From Paraspadella gotoi (lineage: Eukaryota; Animalia; Chaetognatha): a DNA stretch of 64,000 nt. The translations under genes and the position numbers were made by a program. Positions 30,615 through 44,610 of the stretch are shown in pieces (position 1 is the stretch's first letter; every line of letters begins with the position of its first letter). A model generated the notes under the pieces. The model had not been told where the DNA came from. It searched no databases and saw only the letters and a program-made list of their open reading frames with translations. The stretch covers positions 17,399,843 to 17,463,842 of the forward strand of contig CM119267.1 of assembly GCA_051294375.1 (NCBI GenBank), read 5' to 3'.

Positions 30615-31384
30615 TACAGACAGACAGAGCGAAGCAGCCTTGAAATAGACAGAAACTTCTAGAAAAGATATAAGACTGATGTTGAGATAGACAGAAAAAC
30701 AGAAAGACAACAAAACAAACAGAAAGAAAAAGCCGTTGAAGGCCACCCCGTCCGGCGTCCGTCGCCTGCAGAGAATTGGGTCAAATCGTGTCCCTCCAAC
30801 TCTTCCCTCTTCCTCATCCCCTTTCCCCTCCTCTTCCTCGCGTGGTCGCATTAGGGATTATAGGGAAGGTATTATAGGGAAGGCATTATTATAAAATATA
30901 AAAGGAATGCGGTAATGAATTAATAGATAAACAAAGGTAAGAAAAAAACAAACGTGCTAAGCATAAAACGCTTGCAGGAGCGGCTGATGGGAAAGGAGAA
31001 AAGGGAGAGGGGCAAAGTTGATTGCCAGAAACTATCTGTGAGAGATGTAACTTTATAAGGACGTTCGATTACTTTTCGATCGCCCAATATTTTTCGCGAC
31101 ACTTTGTAACCACTCTTTTAATAACTAATTTCTGTGAGAGATTCGGTGATCGAGGTGATCTGCATTTAGTTTTCACTTGATAACTCGTCGAAAGTCTTTC
31201 GCTTGCTATGAAACTCTGTTTTACGAGCTTCCAATGGACTCTTTTATGAAATATAAGTTTACAAATTCGATACGACTTTATCGTCCAGTGGGACTTAAGT
31301 TAAACAATTCTACGACGGGCGAAATACTACGTTTGTCTCCGCGTTAGCATTGAAAATATCAAACAATTTGAATTGCATAACTTT

Positions 31385-31560
31385 CGTCCTCATGACCACA
31401 AGGTACCGGGTTCAATCCCAACCTGGTACCTACTCTGCGGGAAGCGTGAGGACGGCCGTAAGTCGCCTTGAGGGTGTGGCAAACCCTCAAGTCTGGTTCC
31501 AAGCCCAGGACCCGTTCCATGGCTGTTAGAGGGGGTTACAGAAGTTACGGATAATCATCT
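31385..31560 (+). mobile_element. Possible tRNA-derived SINE fragment
   Basis: tRNA 3'-half-like cctcatgaccacaaggtaccgGGTTCAATCCC (B box 31409-31419) followed by a GC-rich body with hairpin TTGAGGGT...ACCCTCAA. No clear A box or TSD. Confidence 0.4.
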
Positions 31561-33349
31561 TCACGATTCTTCAGCCCACTTAGCGCCTTATCCACCTCTC
31601 TTTTACCTCACGCTTCCTGCTACTAAAGTTTAAACACTCCCTATTCCCTTACTTTCCTTTTCCTCTCTTCCATTTTCGTCTCCTCTTCCCTCCCCTCTTA
31701 TCCGTCCCCTCCCCCGCTTTTTCAATTTTTTTTTTCTTAAATGTGAATGTTGATTTTTCATCCCAGTTTGAATTTGGTTGAAGGTCCGCGATTCCCAGGG
31801 CCGAGAGCGTCAGCGGCAGGCGCGGCAGAGTGATCGGGGCAGCAGAGGGTAAAGGGACAACGGGCTGCGGCGGAGGCGGCGGCGGGGGTGGCGGCGGCTT
31901 CACCCCAAGGTTAAAGCGGAAGTAGCTTTTAATAGTTTTCGACGAGGCCCTGGGAACAACTGGGAACGTGTGCTTAGATACGGCGAGGTCATTTATTTTT
32001 GGTATGACGCTTGAGCGATGCAAATTTGAAGCTCAAGCGATTTTAAATCACAGAACAAAAACAAAAACAAAACATAAACAAACAGTAAAAATAAAAGACG
32101 GGATCGTGTCTTTGAGCCCGACCCAGGGTGTGAGCCGATGTACCCAAATCCCGAGGACTTTATATTCTGAGACTTTTCCTTTTTCTAATAACGGGATTCG
32201 AATTTCAAACAGCCTCAAGAATTTGTGGATAAAATTAAGGAGAAAGGAAAGGAATTTAGGCGGGGGGGGGGCAGTAGGGCTTCAGTGGAGAGGAAGGGGT
32301 GTCGGATGAAAAAAAATTTAAAGCAGAAAAATTCTATGCAGTAAAGTGAAGTTTTTTCATGTTGTTTCATATATTCCAAATTATACAAGATATGTACATG
32401 GAATATGTATATATTACGTTTGATTGGCAAGAAAAAAAGAAAAAAAAAGAAACAGCGATGTTTGATCTCATACCAAAAAATAAACCGATTAAAAACATTG
32501 AAATGAATGTATATCACTGTTTTTATTTGTTACAATATATAACTCTCGTGCATGATTTAGTATAGAAACACTTATAATCAAAATGCTGTTAACCTACTCA
32601 AAAATTACATTGTATTATTTAATGATATTTATCAAAAAAAAAAGAAGAATGTAAAATACATGTTTGAATCTCGTTACATAAATAAGAAAAGAAAAAAAAG
32701 AGGTCGGCGGTTTTTTCTTTCCGCGTTTCGGGCGAAACTGGAGATCTCACAGATCGAAATTCTCGGTGAATCTGTGAAGAATGTGAAGATTGTGTGAGGA
32801 TTTTGAAGATTTTGAAAGATCATCAAGTGTTTCACTCTCACTTTTCGATGTAGTTCACGCCGCTGGGGAAGATTTGAATACTAAAAAATGGCAATCGTAG
32901 CAATTTGCACCCAACTCGTTAAATCCGATAAAAATACGAGCGTCTCTTACGTCTGTTAAAACTTGATTAAGTAAAATAATTTATTAATAAAACTGTTGTT
33001 CCATAGTTTTCAACTCAATAAATTCCTATTTATGTATAAAGTTTCTATTTTCGATGAACGAAAAAAGAACGGTGCCAAAATAATGACCCCCCTTTCCGTG
33101 GCCCAAATCCCATAATAACCTTGAAAGAAGGTCGAGCGGAAAAGGTCGTCCACGCTGCGCCACCTTTTGGTCAAATTATTCGGTGAGCGAAGATAACGAC
33201 GACAATGACGACAACGACGACAACTCAAGGCGGCGACATGGCTGATTAGTGATTACGGACAAGGAAAAATCTGTATTCGATTACAAATTGAATTAATTCT
33301 TTCTACAACGTTTTGACTTTCAACTTTGACCGGATTCTAGGACGGCGGA

Positions 33350-33416
<67 letters not shown>

Positions 33417-34778
33417 AAACAAGTCAAGCATTTGATAATTCATTTTTAAATTTTAATTTGACCATAATCTCCATAAATCTAAGCCCAGAAACCTGAGCTG
33501 ATAAAAGATGAGAATAAAAGAGAGGAAGACAAAACAAAATCTCCGAACGCGAAAGAAAAAATTTAAAAGAGTCGTCACTGATCGTTCTCTGCTGGGAGAA
33601 GAGAGACAGAAAAAAAAATGTCTGACGATTTTAGACGAAAAGGATGACAATTAAAACGTCACTTTTTTACACCCTCTTCGTTGTACCCTCTGCTCTGACT
33701 GAAGAAACATACTACCATCGAAAAGACGGTTACAAAATCATAAACATTCAGGTGAAAAAATGGTTCCTGTCATGTTTCTTAACTTAAAATCGAGACTATT
33801 TCTTTTGATATAAGCGTCGCCCTCGTCCGACTCCGCCTTTATTATTAAGACGTAACAAGCCTTCTCTCCACTTGCGACTCCAGTCTGTATTTGCATTATT
33901 TAAGATCGAATAATGATTTAATCTAATGATTTTAATCTAATATTATTTTCAGTCTGATTAAGGCCCAGAGGGGGAGATACCAGTCCCGGGATTTATTTTT
34001 TTTTTTCAATTTCTTTTTTTTCTTTTAATTTTTTTAAATTTAAAAGCGAAACCTCGGGAAAACAACATCATTGAACATCTTGAAGCTGAACACTCCAACC
34101 TCCAACGCTCCATCCCGTTTTTAATTCCCTTATAATCCTTCTCCTCCTACTTTTAATTTTTTTTTCCCAGTTCTGTTTTTAATTTCTTTGTAGTACTCTT
34201 TGTACATAATAGTCCTTTTGTGGTATTTTCTCCTTTTTTCTTTTCGCTTTATTTAATCTTTTCCCCCTTCTGTCTTTGGTCACCTCCTTGGTGGGAGTTA
34301 TAAAGTGTACTTATAAGTCATAATTTAATCGAATGATAAAGTCATAAAAATTCATTATTTAATTTCTTTTTATTTTAACCTATCACACATTACTTCCAGG
34401 CTCTTTTAATTTTACCTCCTACCTTTCTTTCAATTTCTTTTTTTTTTCTTCTTCATTTTTTTAAAACTCCAACTTTAATATCTTATTTTTTTCAATTTCT
34501 TTTGGTCTCTTATAGAATTTTATATTTCAAACCTTGTGCAATGAGAGGTTTCTGACCAAAGATAAAAAAATAATTACCTCAAAAGAAAAATTTGGCTCGC
34601 TAAAAAAAAATTTGAAAATACTAATAAATTTTTTAAAAATATTTTCCTCTCACGAAAATTAGAAAAAACAAAAAGGCGTCGAGATAGAAATATTTCCTAG
34701 ATGGCGGGATGGGAGGGAAACGAGACGAGAGAGAGAGACGAGAGAGAGTGAGAGAGAGAGAGTGCAGAGAGGAGAGCG

Positions 34779-34821
<43 letters not shown>

Positions 34822-36665
34822 AGAAACAAACCAGGTGGTCACGCCCTTTCCATCTTCTCTCAGGCAAATTCTTTTTTTTAATAAAACAAATTTAAAAAAA
34901 TTAATAAAAAAGCATAAAAATTGAAATACAAGATTATCAATAAATATAAATATAAAAATTGGAATATTCACATCGAATTTTAGGAAAAACAAAAACCTAA
35001 AAGTATTCACCAAATTTTTTTTTAAAGCTGGAATAAAATGCTTGGAGATAGGGGGGGTATTAAATTTAGGTTATTGGGGGTAAGATCTAGAAGAAAAAAG
35101 AAAAAAAAAAAAAAAAAAGGTTTGGAAAATAGAGCCGTCATTCTACAAAATACGAAAATTACTGTTTCAAAAAACAATAAAAAAAAATCTCCCGTTTCAA
35201 GAGAACTTGCAAATTTAAAGTGGCTTAATGATAAATGTACAGTAGCTATCCGCGAGAATGTTTTTTTTAGTTAATAATTTAATGAAAAATAAATAAAAAA
35301 ATGTCTATCGAACGCTTTAGTGAAAAGATATGGAAGCTCTTAACAATTTTCGACAGAGATCCGCCCCAACAGTAAGGCATCTCTTTAGAACCACGCGGTT
35401 AAATTTAATAAAAAAATATGATTATATGGTTTGGGTTTTGAAAAGATGTCTTTTTGTTTAGATGCCTCCAGGGTTCGCCGGGGTCGAAATCTGCAAGGGG
35501 GCCCGCCTGGATCCGAAGCATGCTATTGGCAGACGGGGAAAAAGAATGGATTCTTTCTATTTCGTGAATTATATGCAAAAAGAAATTAAAACGAATTTAA
35601 TGTAAAAAAAATACGGGTTAAATATTGTCTAAAACAGTACATAAGTTTCCCTTTTCAACAATTAACTTTATTTCAGGAGTCAGTGTCTACGAAAAAGCCT
35701 TTTGTCAAAGAAATGAACTGGAATCTCCTTCTTATTATTCAATATGAATGCCTAAATTTTTTTATTACTTTGGACTATATCACAAAGAGTGGGTGAACAA
35801 TGGGGTAATTAAAACCATTCCCATATTAATTTTGATACCCCAGTTAAAGATAGTTTTTTCATCAATTTTTATTCCTTAAAAATCTTGTCCATTTTTGTCC
35901 ATTTTTCAATTTGGCCACTATTTTCACAAGGGAAGAATCCAAAAAAAGAAAAAATTTTTACTTCGCTTTTGGGCGTTCGCCCTTCATATTTCCCTCGACA
36001 AGGGTTTAGAAGAATGTTTTTGTTAATGTTTCATCGTTTGTCTGCAATGAATTTTTTTAAAATGGTGTAGTCCACAAAAAAAAATGCATTTTTTTTCATT
36101 TCATATTTTTTTTAAAACTATACCTTGAACATTCTTTAAATTAATTGAAACTAATGCAAAATATTCCCCACAAGTCCCCCACCCACATGAAATAAACTAA
36201 TTATATCTTGTGAATATAAAGAAATAAGCTTCTTGCCGTTATTCTCAAAATTTTTTTTTTAAGATGTCTTGAATGTGATTTTTGTTGATTGTAGTTTATT
36301 TTTCTCATTCGGGACTTTAGAAATTTATTTGTTTTTTTTATTTATTTTATTAGTTGGAACTAGTTATTTATTCTTGTTAAATCTTAAAAAACCGGCCATC
36401 ATCATTTTGTGCGTTATCTTAAAGCATCAGGACAATTTTTTATCTTTCCGTGACCTCGATCGTCGACAGGATTTTGCGGAAAAATTTATTCCGCAAAAAA
36501 CTGTCGACTTTACTTAAATCTGCGTAAGGCAACCAAAATAGAAAGAAAAAAAATCGCGCGAGTATGGTTAGTCACCGAAAGTTATTTGTGAGCATAAACT
36601 AAGAAATAAATAATACAGAAAATAAAAAAATAAAGAATTTAAAGAATTTACGCGGGGAAAACCAA

Positions 36666-36810
36666 GTTTTTAGATTTGTACTACAACGATTTTATTTAAT
36701 AGAAAAAAGACAGTTTCGACTCATTCAGTGTTTTTGAACGGACTTCGAACAAGAGTCGAAACATGTCTGTTTCTATTAAATAAAAATTTTTGTATTACAA
36801 ATCTAAACTT
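36666..36810. repeat. About 55-bp-arm inverted repeat containing the 3' half of a hammerhead motif (probable Penelope-like remnant)
   Basis: Left arm tagatttgta...gacagtttcgactc (to 36722) is the imperfect reverse complement of right arm gagtcgaaacatgtctgtttct...tacaaatcta (from 36753). GAAACATGTCTGTTT matches the 50403 motif. Confidence 0.6.
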
Positions 36811-37004
36811 TGTTTCGCTAAATACCAAAACACAACGAAACGAAAAGAATTACCACAATATAGAATTTAGAATAAAAAAAAGAAAAAAAGGAGCAGGAGG
36901 AAGAAGAAAGAAAGAAAGAAAAGGAAAGAAAGGAAAGAAAGGACAGAAAGGAAAAGAAAGGAAAGAAAGAAAGAAGACAGATAAAAGAAAGAAAAGAAGT
37001 TTTG

Positions 37005-37660
37005 AGCAAACAATGTCGATCTGCTCACGATCATTGCCGGTAATTAATTAATAATTAATACAAACTATATAAATTAAAACCATAATTTAATTACTAAAAT
37101 TAATTAAATTTGATCCGAAATGTGTGTTTTAGGTCTTTTCTGTCCACTGACCATGACAAAAGGCAACGACGACGCATGATGACGACGACAACAATAATGC
37201 GATAAGATTGACTTGCATTATTAACTGATTAATTTTAATTATTTAAATAAATTGTTGATTGTTAATAATTAATTAATAGATTTAACTAAATAAATTGATG
37301 ATGAAAAAATATTGATTAATTGACCGATTGATTAATTATTTATTAATTGATTAATTAAACTGATTAATTTTTTTGATTAATTAATACATCTTATCTTGTA
37401 ATTTACTTTTAATATTAAAAAATAAAAAGAAGCATAAATCCAATTAGTAAAACAGGTTTTTGTTTTTTTCCATTTAAACTCATTTCCACTCAAGCCGCAT
37501 TCCATCGAAAACTTGATAATCACACACTTTCCTACACGGCATACAAAATTTCAAGTCAATCGCCCCGTCCATTTATGAGTAATGCTGGGTTCAAATTAGT
37601 GAAATAGATTTTTTTTTCCTTATTCAACTCATTTCCACTCGCACGATATCCAATCGAAAC
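37005..37660 (+). repeat. Dispersed copy of the 43419-44279 element body, lacking the terminal hairpin
   Basis: Collinear similarity to about 43432-44010 (caaacaatgtcg.atctgc.cacgatcatt...tttgatcc.aaatg...aacaggtttttgttttttt.ccatttaaactc...aatcacacactttccta). Confidence 0.8.
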
Positions 37661-38876
37661 AGACATTCATTCAATAAATGGTTCTATAAATATTATTAAA
37701 ATTCTTAAAATGCAAACCGGCATTGAAAACGGACCCGAGAAAAACAAAATATGATCAAAAAGGTTCACCGATGCGAGTTTTCTTCAGAAAGAACATCTGC
37801 GATATAGAATGAAAGAAAGCCAAAAAAAAAAAGAGAAAAGAAAGAGCAGACTGAGAAAAAGAGAGAAAGAAAGACAGGGAGAGCGAACGAAAGAGAGAAA
37901 GAAAGAGAGAAACAAAAGGAGAGAGAGGATAGTTTTTGGAGACGATGCCGCCCGAGCAATTCAAAGTCCGTTGCACACAAGGTCCCCGAACTTCACTACA
38001 GGTCGTAGAAAAGAGACAGTGATGAGAAGAAAAAGAGGAAAAATATAGAAGAAAGAAGGAGAGAAAGAGAGAAAGAAAGAGAGAAAGAAAAAGAGAGATA
38101 GAGAGAGAGAGAGAAAGAAAAAATGAAAGAAAAAGAAGAGAAGATAATAATGCTAGATTTAAATGAAAATAAATCGCTGATTCTTAACTAAGACGTGATG
38201 TCTACGCTCCATTTCTTCTTCGCCAAAAACTTTAAAACTTTCATTTTTTTAACCAATAGTTTACGTAGATTTTCGTAACTCGATAGTTGAAATAGATTTT
38301 CAACTCAATTAGTCAAAAACTTCTGAAAGAACTTTTGTCATAGCGAATTTTGAAGTATTAGAATAAGCACGCGCGTTGTGCTTAATGATAGAGAGATAAC
38401 TATTCCAAACCGATTTTTAAAATCAAGAATGACCCAGAAGAATCAAACGAGACACTAAAAAGTAGAATTTTTACAGTTAGAAATCAATGGTTAAGAAAGG
38501 CGTTTCGTAGACACTGCCTTCATCCAAATTCAGTACATCCGTTCTCACGTTAGTATATCGCTTTAAACAATGCGTAGGCTTTAAAGAAGACCGCCATCGC
38601 GAAAAAAAAAGTGAAAATATTTATCGGAGTAAATATCGAGCATGAAACGAAATATTTTTATCCCCAAGACGGAAACTCGTCTCGGCTTTTTTTTCCCCCG
38701 AACGGAGTTATCAACCCTAAAACACAACAAAACCCCGGGGACTTAAAAAATAAAACCTAAATCGAATTAAAGAGAAATCAAAGAGTCATTCGTTGGCGAG
38801 ATTCGATTGCCGACTTCATTTTTCAATCACGACTTTCCCTAAATTCAATTTTAAAACATTAGCTCGAGATGGCGTC

Positions 38877-38933
<57 letters not shown>

Positions 38934-39636
38934 AAGTGGGAGCGGTTTAAATAAACGCCACGAGAATTTTCTAACCCTTTTATAGGCGTCTCAAATATCA
39001 AAACATTGATAAGACAGGCGTCAAACTTCTTCGTCTAGCCTAGTCCGATTTTTTTAATGCGTGGTACTAATATTTTTAAATAGTTTTTCAGTCAAATTTT
39101 TTTAGAACTGAAAGGGCAACTGAAATTCTTACTTGTGTGGTTACATAGCGATTCAATACTATCAGTTTCTATTTATTTTTCTTTATCGTATGTTTTTTCT
39201 TTTGTTTTGAACCGATGTCACTTCCTTTCTTGATCTACGAGACTCGTTCTGCCACCTACCAACAACGGAACGGAGGGAGAAAAACAAAATCTTAGCTTTC
39301 TCAGTAAATCTTATTTCGCCTAAATTTTTGGTTAGTTGGTATCAAAATTGTAAAAATTTTACATCAAATGGAAACTTTGTTCATTTCGATCTGAATTTTG
39401 TTCACGTGTTACGTCAATATAATCATTCGCCACTAAAATATAATCAATATGTGCTTTTCTGCGGACTTACTGATATCTTTTTAACTAGCAATAAAAATAA
39501 TCATTCTTTTACATTTATTTTTAAGGCATTTCAATGATACACCTACAATTAACAAAGGATAACAATGAAGGCTGGTAAGGCTATGTAAACGGTAAAGCTT
39601 CTTTTAATTTCTCATGTCGTATGAGATAAGATATTT

Positions 39637-40911
39637 TTATTTTTTTTCCGTCAAAATAATTTTCTCGTCCTCTTTTTCATCTTTCCTCTGTCCAAGACAA
39701 CCTTTCGCCACGGTGACTCCGATCGTGGCGACGAAAACGAGAGCCACGCCCACCGACTCAACCGTCGTCAGATTCTCGCCGAAAAACGCGAGCGACATCA
39801 ACGTCGTCAATGGGATGCAGACTGCGTTAATAATGTTGCCAAACAACCCGGCGAGACCCGCGTCGAACTCCTCCAGCTCCGAGCAGCCGACCTGCTGTGC
39901 TAGTCGATAGACGTTGGAGACGACGCCAACGACGAAGACGGCAAACAGCGGGGTCAGCGGCGATGCGGCGAACGCGGCGACGCCGCCGGAAAGGCCGAAG
40001 AGGACGACGGCGACGACGGCGCTGCTGCCGACGCGCAGGACGAGAAAGTTGGACCAATGAGCGTCGGAGGTGGCTCCGAAGAAGAACGGAAAGGAAGCGT
40101 TGATTATGCCTTCTAGGATGGCGAACGCATAGGCGTAGGCGGGGCCCTCGACGGGCTCGTTGAAAAGAAAAGGCGGATGCGTCACCAATAGCAGGCCGAT
40201 GCAGGCGACGCAGACGCCGCAAAAGTCGACTACAGAGACGCAGCGCCGCTGTAAAATCGCCGTCACCGCTGGAACGAAGAACAACGAGGAGCAAGGACGA
40301 AGTGTAGTGAGAGGGTAAAATAGAATGTTGGACTGTGATAGGGTGTGCGTGATAATAAAATGTATTCTTCGTTTAACTAATAAAAAAATACTTAATTTTT
40401 TTTCCACACCAATTCATAACATTCTAGCTAGGATAGTTGGAATGTTTATAGAATATTTTCTCAGAGGGTAAATTATCTGAAGAAGCATTTTTTACTTTAA
40501 AAGTAGATCATTACATATAGTATCCTTCAGTTCCTATTAAAACAATTAAATTTATTTTCATGCTTTATTTTTATGATTAATAAAATTTTTAATAAATATA
40601 ATCATAAGCCAGAAATAATTTTTTACNNNNNNNNNNNNNNNNNNNNNNNNNAGCCGGAGATCGGCCCATAAAAGTCCGAGGTGCATTGCGTTGACGCAGC
40701 AGCGCGCCAAGGAGAAATTAAAAACTTGCAGTTAGTAAGGAAACCGAGCAGGATGAAGGGTCTCGCCAGCGACTCGTCGACCTTACAGTCCCAGTTGCCG
40801 CCAGGCGATCGGCAGCAGAAGGCAGCGTCCCGACCGTCTCTCGCCGAGAAAGAGAAGACGAAAGCGACTGACGTGGATAGCGGCGCCGATGCGCGGAAGA
40901 TGACGGTTGCA
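39637..40911 (-). CDS. EamA/DMT-superfamily (SLC35G-like) multi-pass transporter, partial
   Basis: Terminal exon 40268-39637 (acceptor ttcgttccag) encodes about six hydrophobic helices including GLLLVTHPPFLF and LAFFGENLTTVESVGVALVFVA, which are typical of SLC35G/EamA proteins. An upstream GC-rich exon at about 40911-40652 is cut by an N gap and looks noisy. The start codon was not located. Confidence 0.7.
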
Positions 40912-41841
40912 TTCTCTCTCTTGTTTTTTATAATATGAATAATATTTGATAATAATCATCACATTTTCTTTTTAAAATTTATTAAAAATAAAAATTTTAG
41001 CTTGAAAAAAAAAATTATAAAAAACGACTTTGTTGATAAATAATAGTTACCATAAGAAATAAGTTTTATATAAGGATTTTTTTAAAATAACAAATCACCA
41101 TACTCACTATTTATCACCAAAAATTTGTATTTTATATCAAATAATTTTACAATCAGTATTAAGTTGTTAAAAACTTAAAATTTGGACAAAAAGATGAAGA
41201 AAAGGGACTCGAGAGCCACTGTGATTATACTATTTGAAAATTTTTTTAGATCAATATAAAGTCATAATAGTTTTTTAACTAATTAAATATTATAAATAAT
41301 ATATACATAAAAGAATTACTAGTTTAATCAAAGTCTTTTTGTATCGGTCCAGATTGAAGTCCCTGTAGTAGTTATAATAATAATTAATACAAATAATACA
41401 TGGATTTCAAATGAGAATGAAATGAAAAGATCAAATACTGTGTCTAAATAATTTGTTATAGAAACTTGAGATTTTGAACTGGTAGAAAAATCGGTAACGT
41501 TTTTTTATTTTTCAACTCCCAACTTTCAACTATACGTAGATTAGAGTTTTTTCAAACCTTTGTGTTAATGTTAATAATGATGCGCCATTCCAACGTTTTT
41601 CTGCTGTACCATCTCTAGCGTCGCCGATCGAAGAACGTAAAGCTGATCTGACAAATCTCGGAGCCGTCGCATCGAAGAAATAAATCCGCGGAAATCTTAG
41701 ATATAAATCAAAGAATTTTAGGCTAAATTTTACTTTTGCAGACGTAGTTTTGGCGGCTTTTGAAAAACTATTTAAAAATACTTCTTTTTATAAATATTAT
41801 TATTATATCATCACAGATGAATGAAACCCGGAAACAGAGGA

Positions 41842-41978
41842 AATATTACCTAATATTACCTAATATTACCTAATATTACCTAATATTACCTAATTACCCT
41901 AAGCCTAAACCCTCTTAACCCTACCTACCCCTAATCTTAAACCACTCTTAAACCACCCCCCTAACCCCTCCCTAACCC
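41842..41978. repeat. (TAATATTACC)n array grading into degenerate (CCCTAA)n-like sequence
   Basis: Directly visible. Confidence 0.8.
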
Positions 41979-43418
41979 CGGTCGGCGAATTGAATTTTAT
42001 TTTTCTCTGTAAAAAAACGTATTTAGGATCGGTGACCGACTTTTGCAGAGTATAAATAACGATTACGAACCTTTCATAGGCCTCGTGAGAATGTTAACGT
42101 TGACCCGGAGAAAAGAAACGCGATCGTACGGGGTCAGTTCAAATAGAGGGCGAAAAAAAGAGGGAGAGAATAAAATGACCGATTGGGAATCATTCATGCT
42201 GATTTTTTTTTATTCGGGTAAGTTATTCTACATATGTACCTGAGCAATCAGAATGTCAAAAGCTTTTTCACAACCATAATGACAGCCATTTTTATTTTAT
42301 AGTTTTTCTAATTAAACCTAAAAAAAAATTTAAGCCTTGAAAAAAAAAAATAGAAAAGAACAAGGATCTGGAAAAGGCCTGTTGCCTCACTAAACCTTGA
42401 AATATATTAATAAGAATTATACTAACTATACTAATTATACTATCTAATAAATGTAAAAAAAATAAAAATTTCCGTCTCAATTTTTTTTCAAAATGAGTTT
42501 AAAATAACACTAAGAGGGGAGAAATGTTGCAAAAGAAGCTGCTGGAAGTCAAGCGCACAAGTGGTTATGAATTAAAGTATTATCAATTTGCTATAAAGGA
42601 ACATAAACGTCAGGGTCTATTCTAACTAATAAAATTATCAAATATCATATTGAGTCAGTTAAGAGTGATAACAAATCTTTTCATTTCACTCCCATTTGTA
42701 ATCCGTGAACTAGTTCATAGTAAGCGAGGTTGAAAGTTGATGAAAGCAGTTGTCCAAAAATTTTGCTCAGTGATAACATATTGTACGAAAAAGGGGAATA
42801 TCGTCTTAAATTCTATCGTGAGTAAGAACGATCGACTACGTTCTCAGGTTCAGGAGGAAAAACAAACAACGGTAACAAAAGACGTTAAGTCTGAAAAATT
42901 TTAATGCTAAATAAAAGGAATAAAGAGAGTTCAGTCTGGAGAAAATTAAGCGAGAGAGAAAAAAAAAGAGAAATATTGTTAACCAAATTTAATTAATCGA
43001 AAAACGAAAGTTTTTATTGGGTTTACTGCGATTTATTTAAAAGATTAGATAACGTACATGTTTCTTGTTTTTCGAGTTGGTGAGTGAGTGAGAGAGAGAG
43101 GGAATTTCCAACAAAGAATTGAGAAAGGGATAGTGGTCAGGTGAAGGCGAGAACATGGAAATAGAGAGAGAGAGAAAAACCATTACATTTGGCAATGTAC
43201 AACAAAGATATAAATAATTTAGTAGACTTAACATTAGCTAATAACAATGAGATAAATAATTTAACTGAATAACTAATAAGTGAAATTGAAATAGAAAAAT
43301 ATAGATAAGAGTGAATGAAAATAAGTAAAGAAANNNNNNNNNNTTGAAAAAAATGATGCGAGTTGAAAAAATTATGCGAATTGAAAAAATGATGCAAGTT
43401 AAAAAAATTATGCGAGTT

Positions 43419-44279
43419 AAAACAAGTTTGAACAAACAATGTCGGATCTGCCCACGATCATTAATTGTCTAATTAATTAATTAATTAATTTGATCCAAAA
43501 TGTTTGTTTTTAGATCTTTTCGTCACTAATCAGTGATCACGACAAAAGCAACGATGACGATGATGGCGACAACAACAATAATGCCAATAACGATTGACTT
43601 ACTTGATTGATTGATTGATTGATTAAATAATCAATTAATTGATAAATAATTTGATTGAATAATTAATTAATAGATAAATTAATTTATTGAATAATATATT
43701 GATTAATTGACTGATTAATTAATTATTGATTAATTAATTGATTAATTAATTGATTAATTATTTGATTAATTAATACTTCTTGAATTTACATTTAATATAA
43801 AAAGAAAAAGAAGCATAATCAATTAGTGAAACAGGTTTTTGTTTTTTTCCATTTAAACTCGATTCCATCTAAACTAAAATTCCAGCCTAATCACACACTT
43901 TCCTACCCACTTAAAAAAATTCAAATCAATTGCTCCATTCACTCTCGCGTAATTGGCGTTCAAATAGTGAAATATATTGTTTTATTTTTTCCATTTAATC
44001 TCATTTCCACCTGAAACTTCATATCCAACTCAATCATACACTTTCCTACCCAAACACAAACTTTCATTCCAATCCATCTATCCAATCACGAGTAATTGGA
44101 GTATAATGCTAAGGGTGGACGGACGGACGGACGGAGGACCATTTTATTTGCATAATTTATCATAATATGAGGTTCTGAGATGATCTAAGTGAATGACCGA
44201 CAAGATTGGGGGGTGGACAGACGGACCGACAAAGTGAATTATAGAGTCGGAATCTGCGATATGCAGATCCGACTAAAAA
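43419..44279 (+). mobile_element. Second Helentron/HINE-like repeat family member
   Basis: Starts AAAACAAG, has AT-rich (attaattg)n body and (GGAC)n microsatellite at about 44116-44135, and ends TTATAG-AGTCGGAATCTGC...GCAGATCCGACT-AAAAA, the same terminal architecture as 28447-28487. The body is repeated at about 37005-37660. Confidence 0.55.
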
Positions 44280-44307
44280 TGGAGCAAATTAAAAACAGTT
44301 CACAATG

Positions 44308-44610
44308 AACGGTTATTCCAAGGTGTTGCGCCTCATTACTTTTCTTTTTACTTATCATGTCATTTATTCCTTATAGTTTATAAGATTTCTTAAAAACAAA
44401 AGGCGAAGCCAGTGGTCGCTTAGATACTTTGACCAAATTTGTTTCCGATGATAACTATTGTTCTCGTTATGCTGTGATTAATTGTAAACCTGTCTGTGAT
44501 TATTTGTAACTGCGACCCATGGCCTACCCCCGACCCGTCCTTCTTGAATAAATCTAATCTAATCTAATCTATTTTGATTTTTAACAAATGAGCAACAAAC
44601 TATAGGCAAT
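44308..44610 (+). repeat. Partial copy of the 28000-28487 element, interrupted by an insertion
   Basis: aacggttattccaaggtgttgcgcc...cgcttagat and ttgatttttaacaaatgagcaacaaactataggcaa are both shared with 28008-28353. Confidence 0.85.
44426..44572 (+). mobile_element. 5'-truncated non-LTR retroposon 3' tail (L2/CR1-like or partner SINE)
   Basis: About 147 bp absent from the paralogous site near 28316. It ends AATAAA followed by (TCTAA)n. Confidence 0.55.

Noticed and set aside
38497-38535. Minus-strand GATGAAGGCAGTGTCTACGAAACG as another hammerhead
   Set aside because: The core reads GGATGA and stem II does not pair, so the evidence is insufficient.
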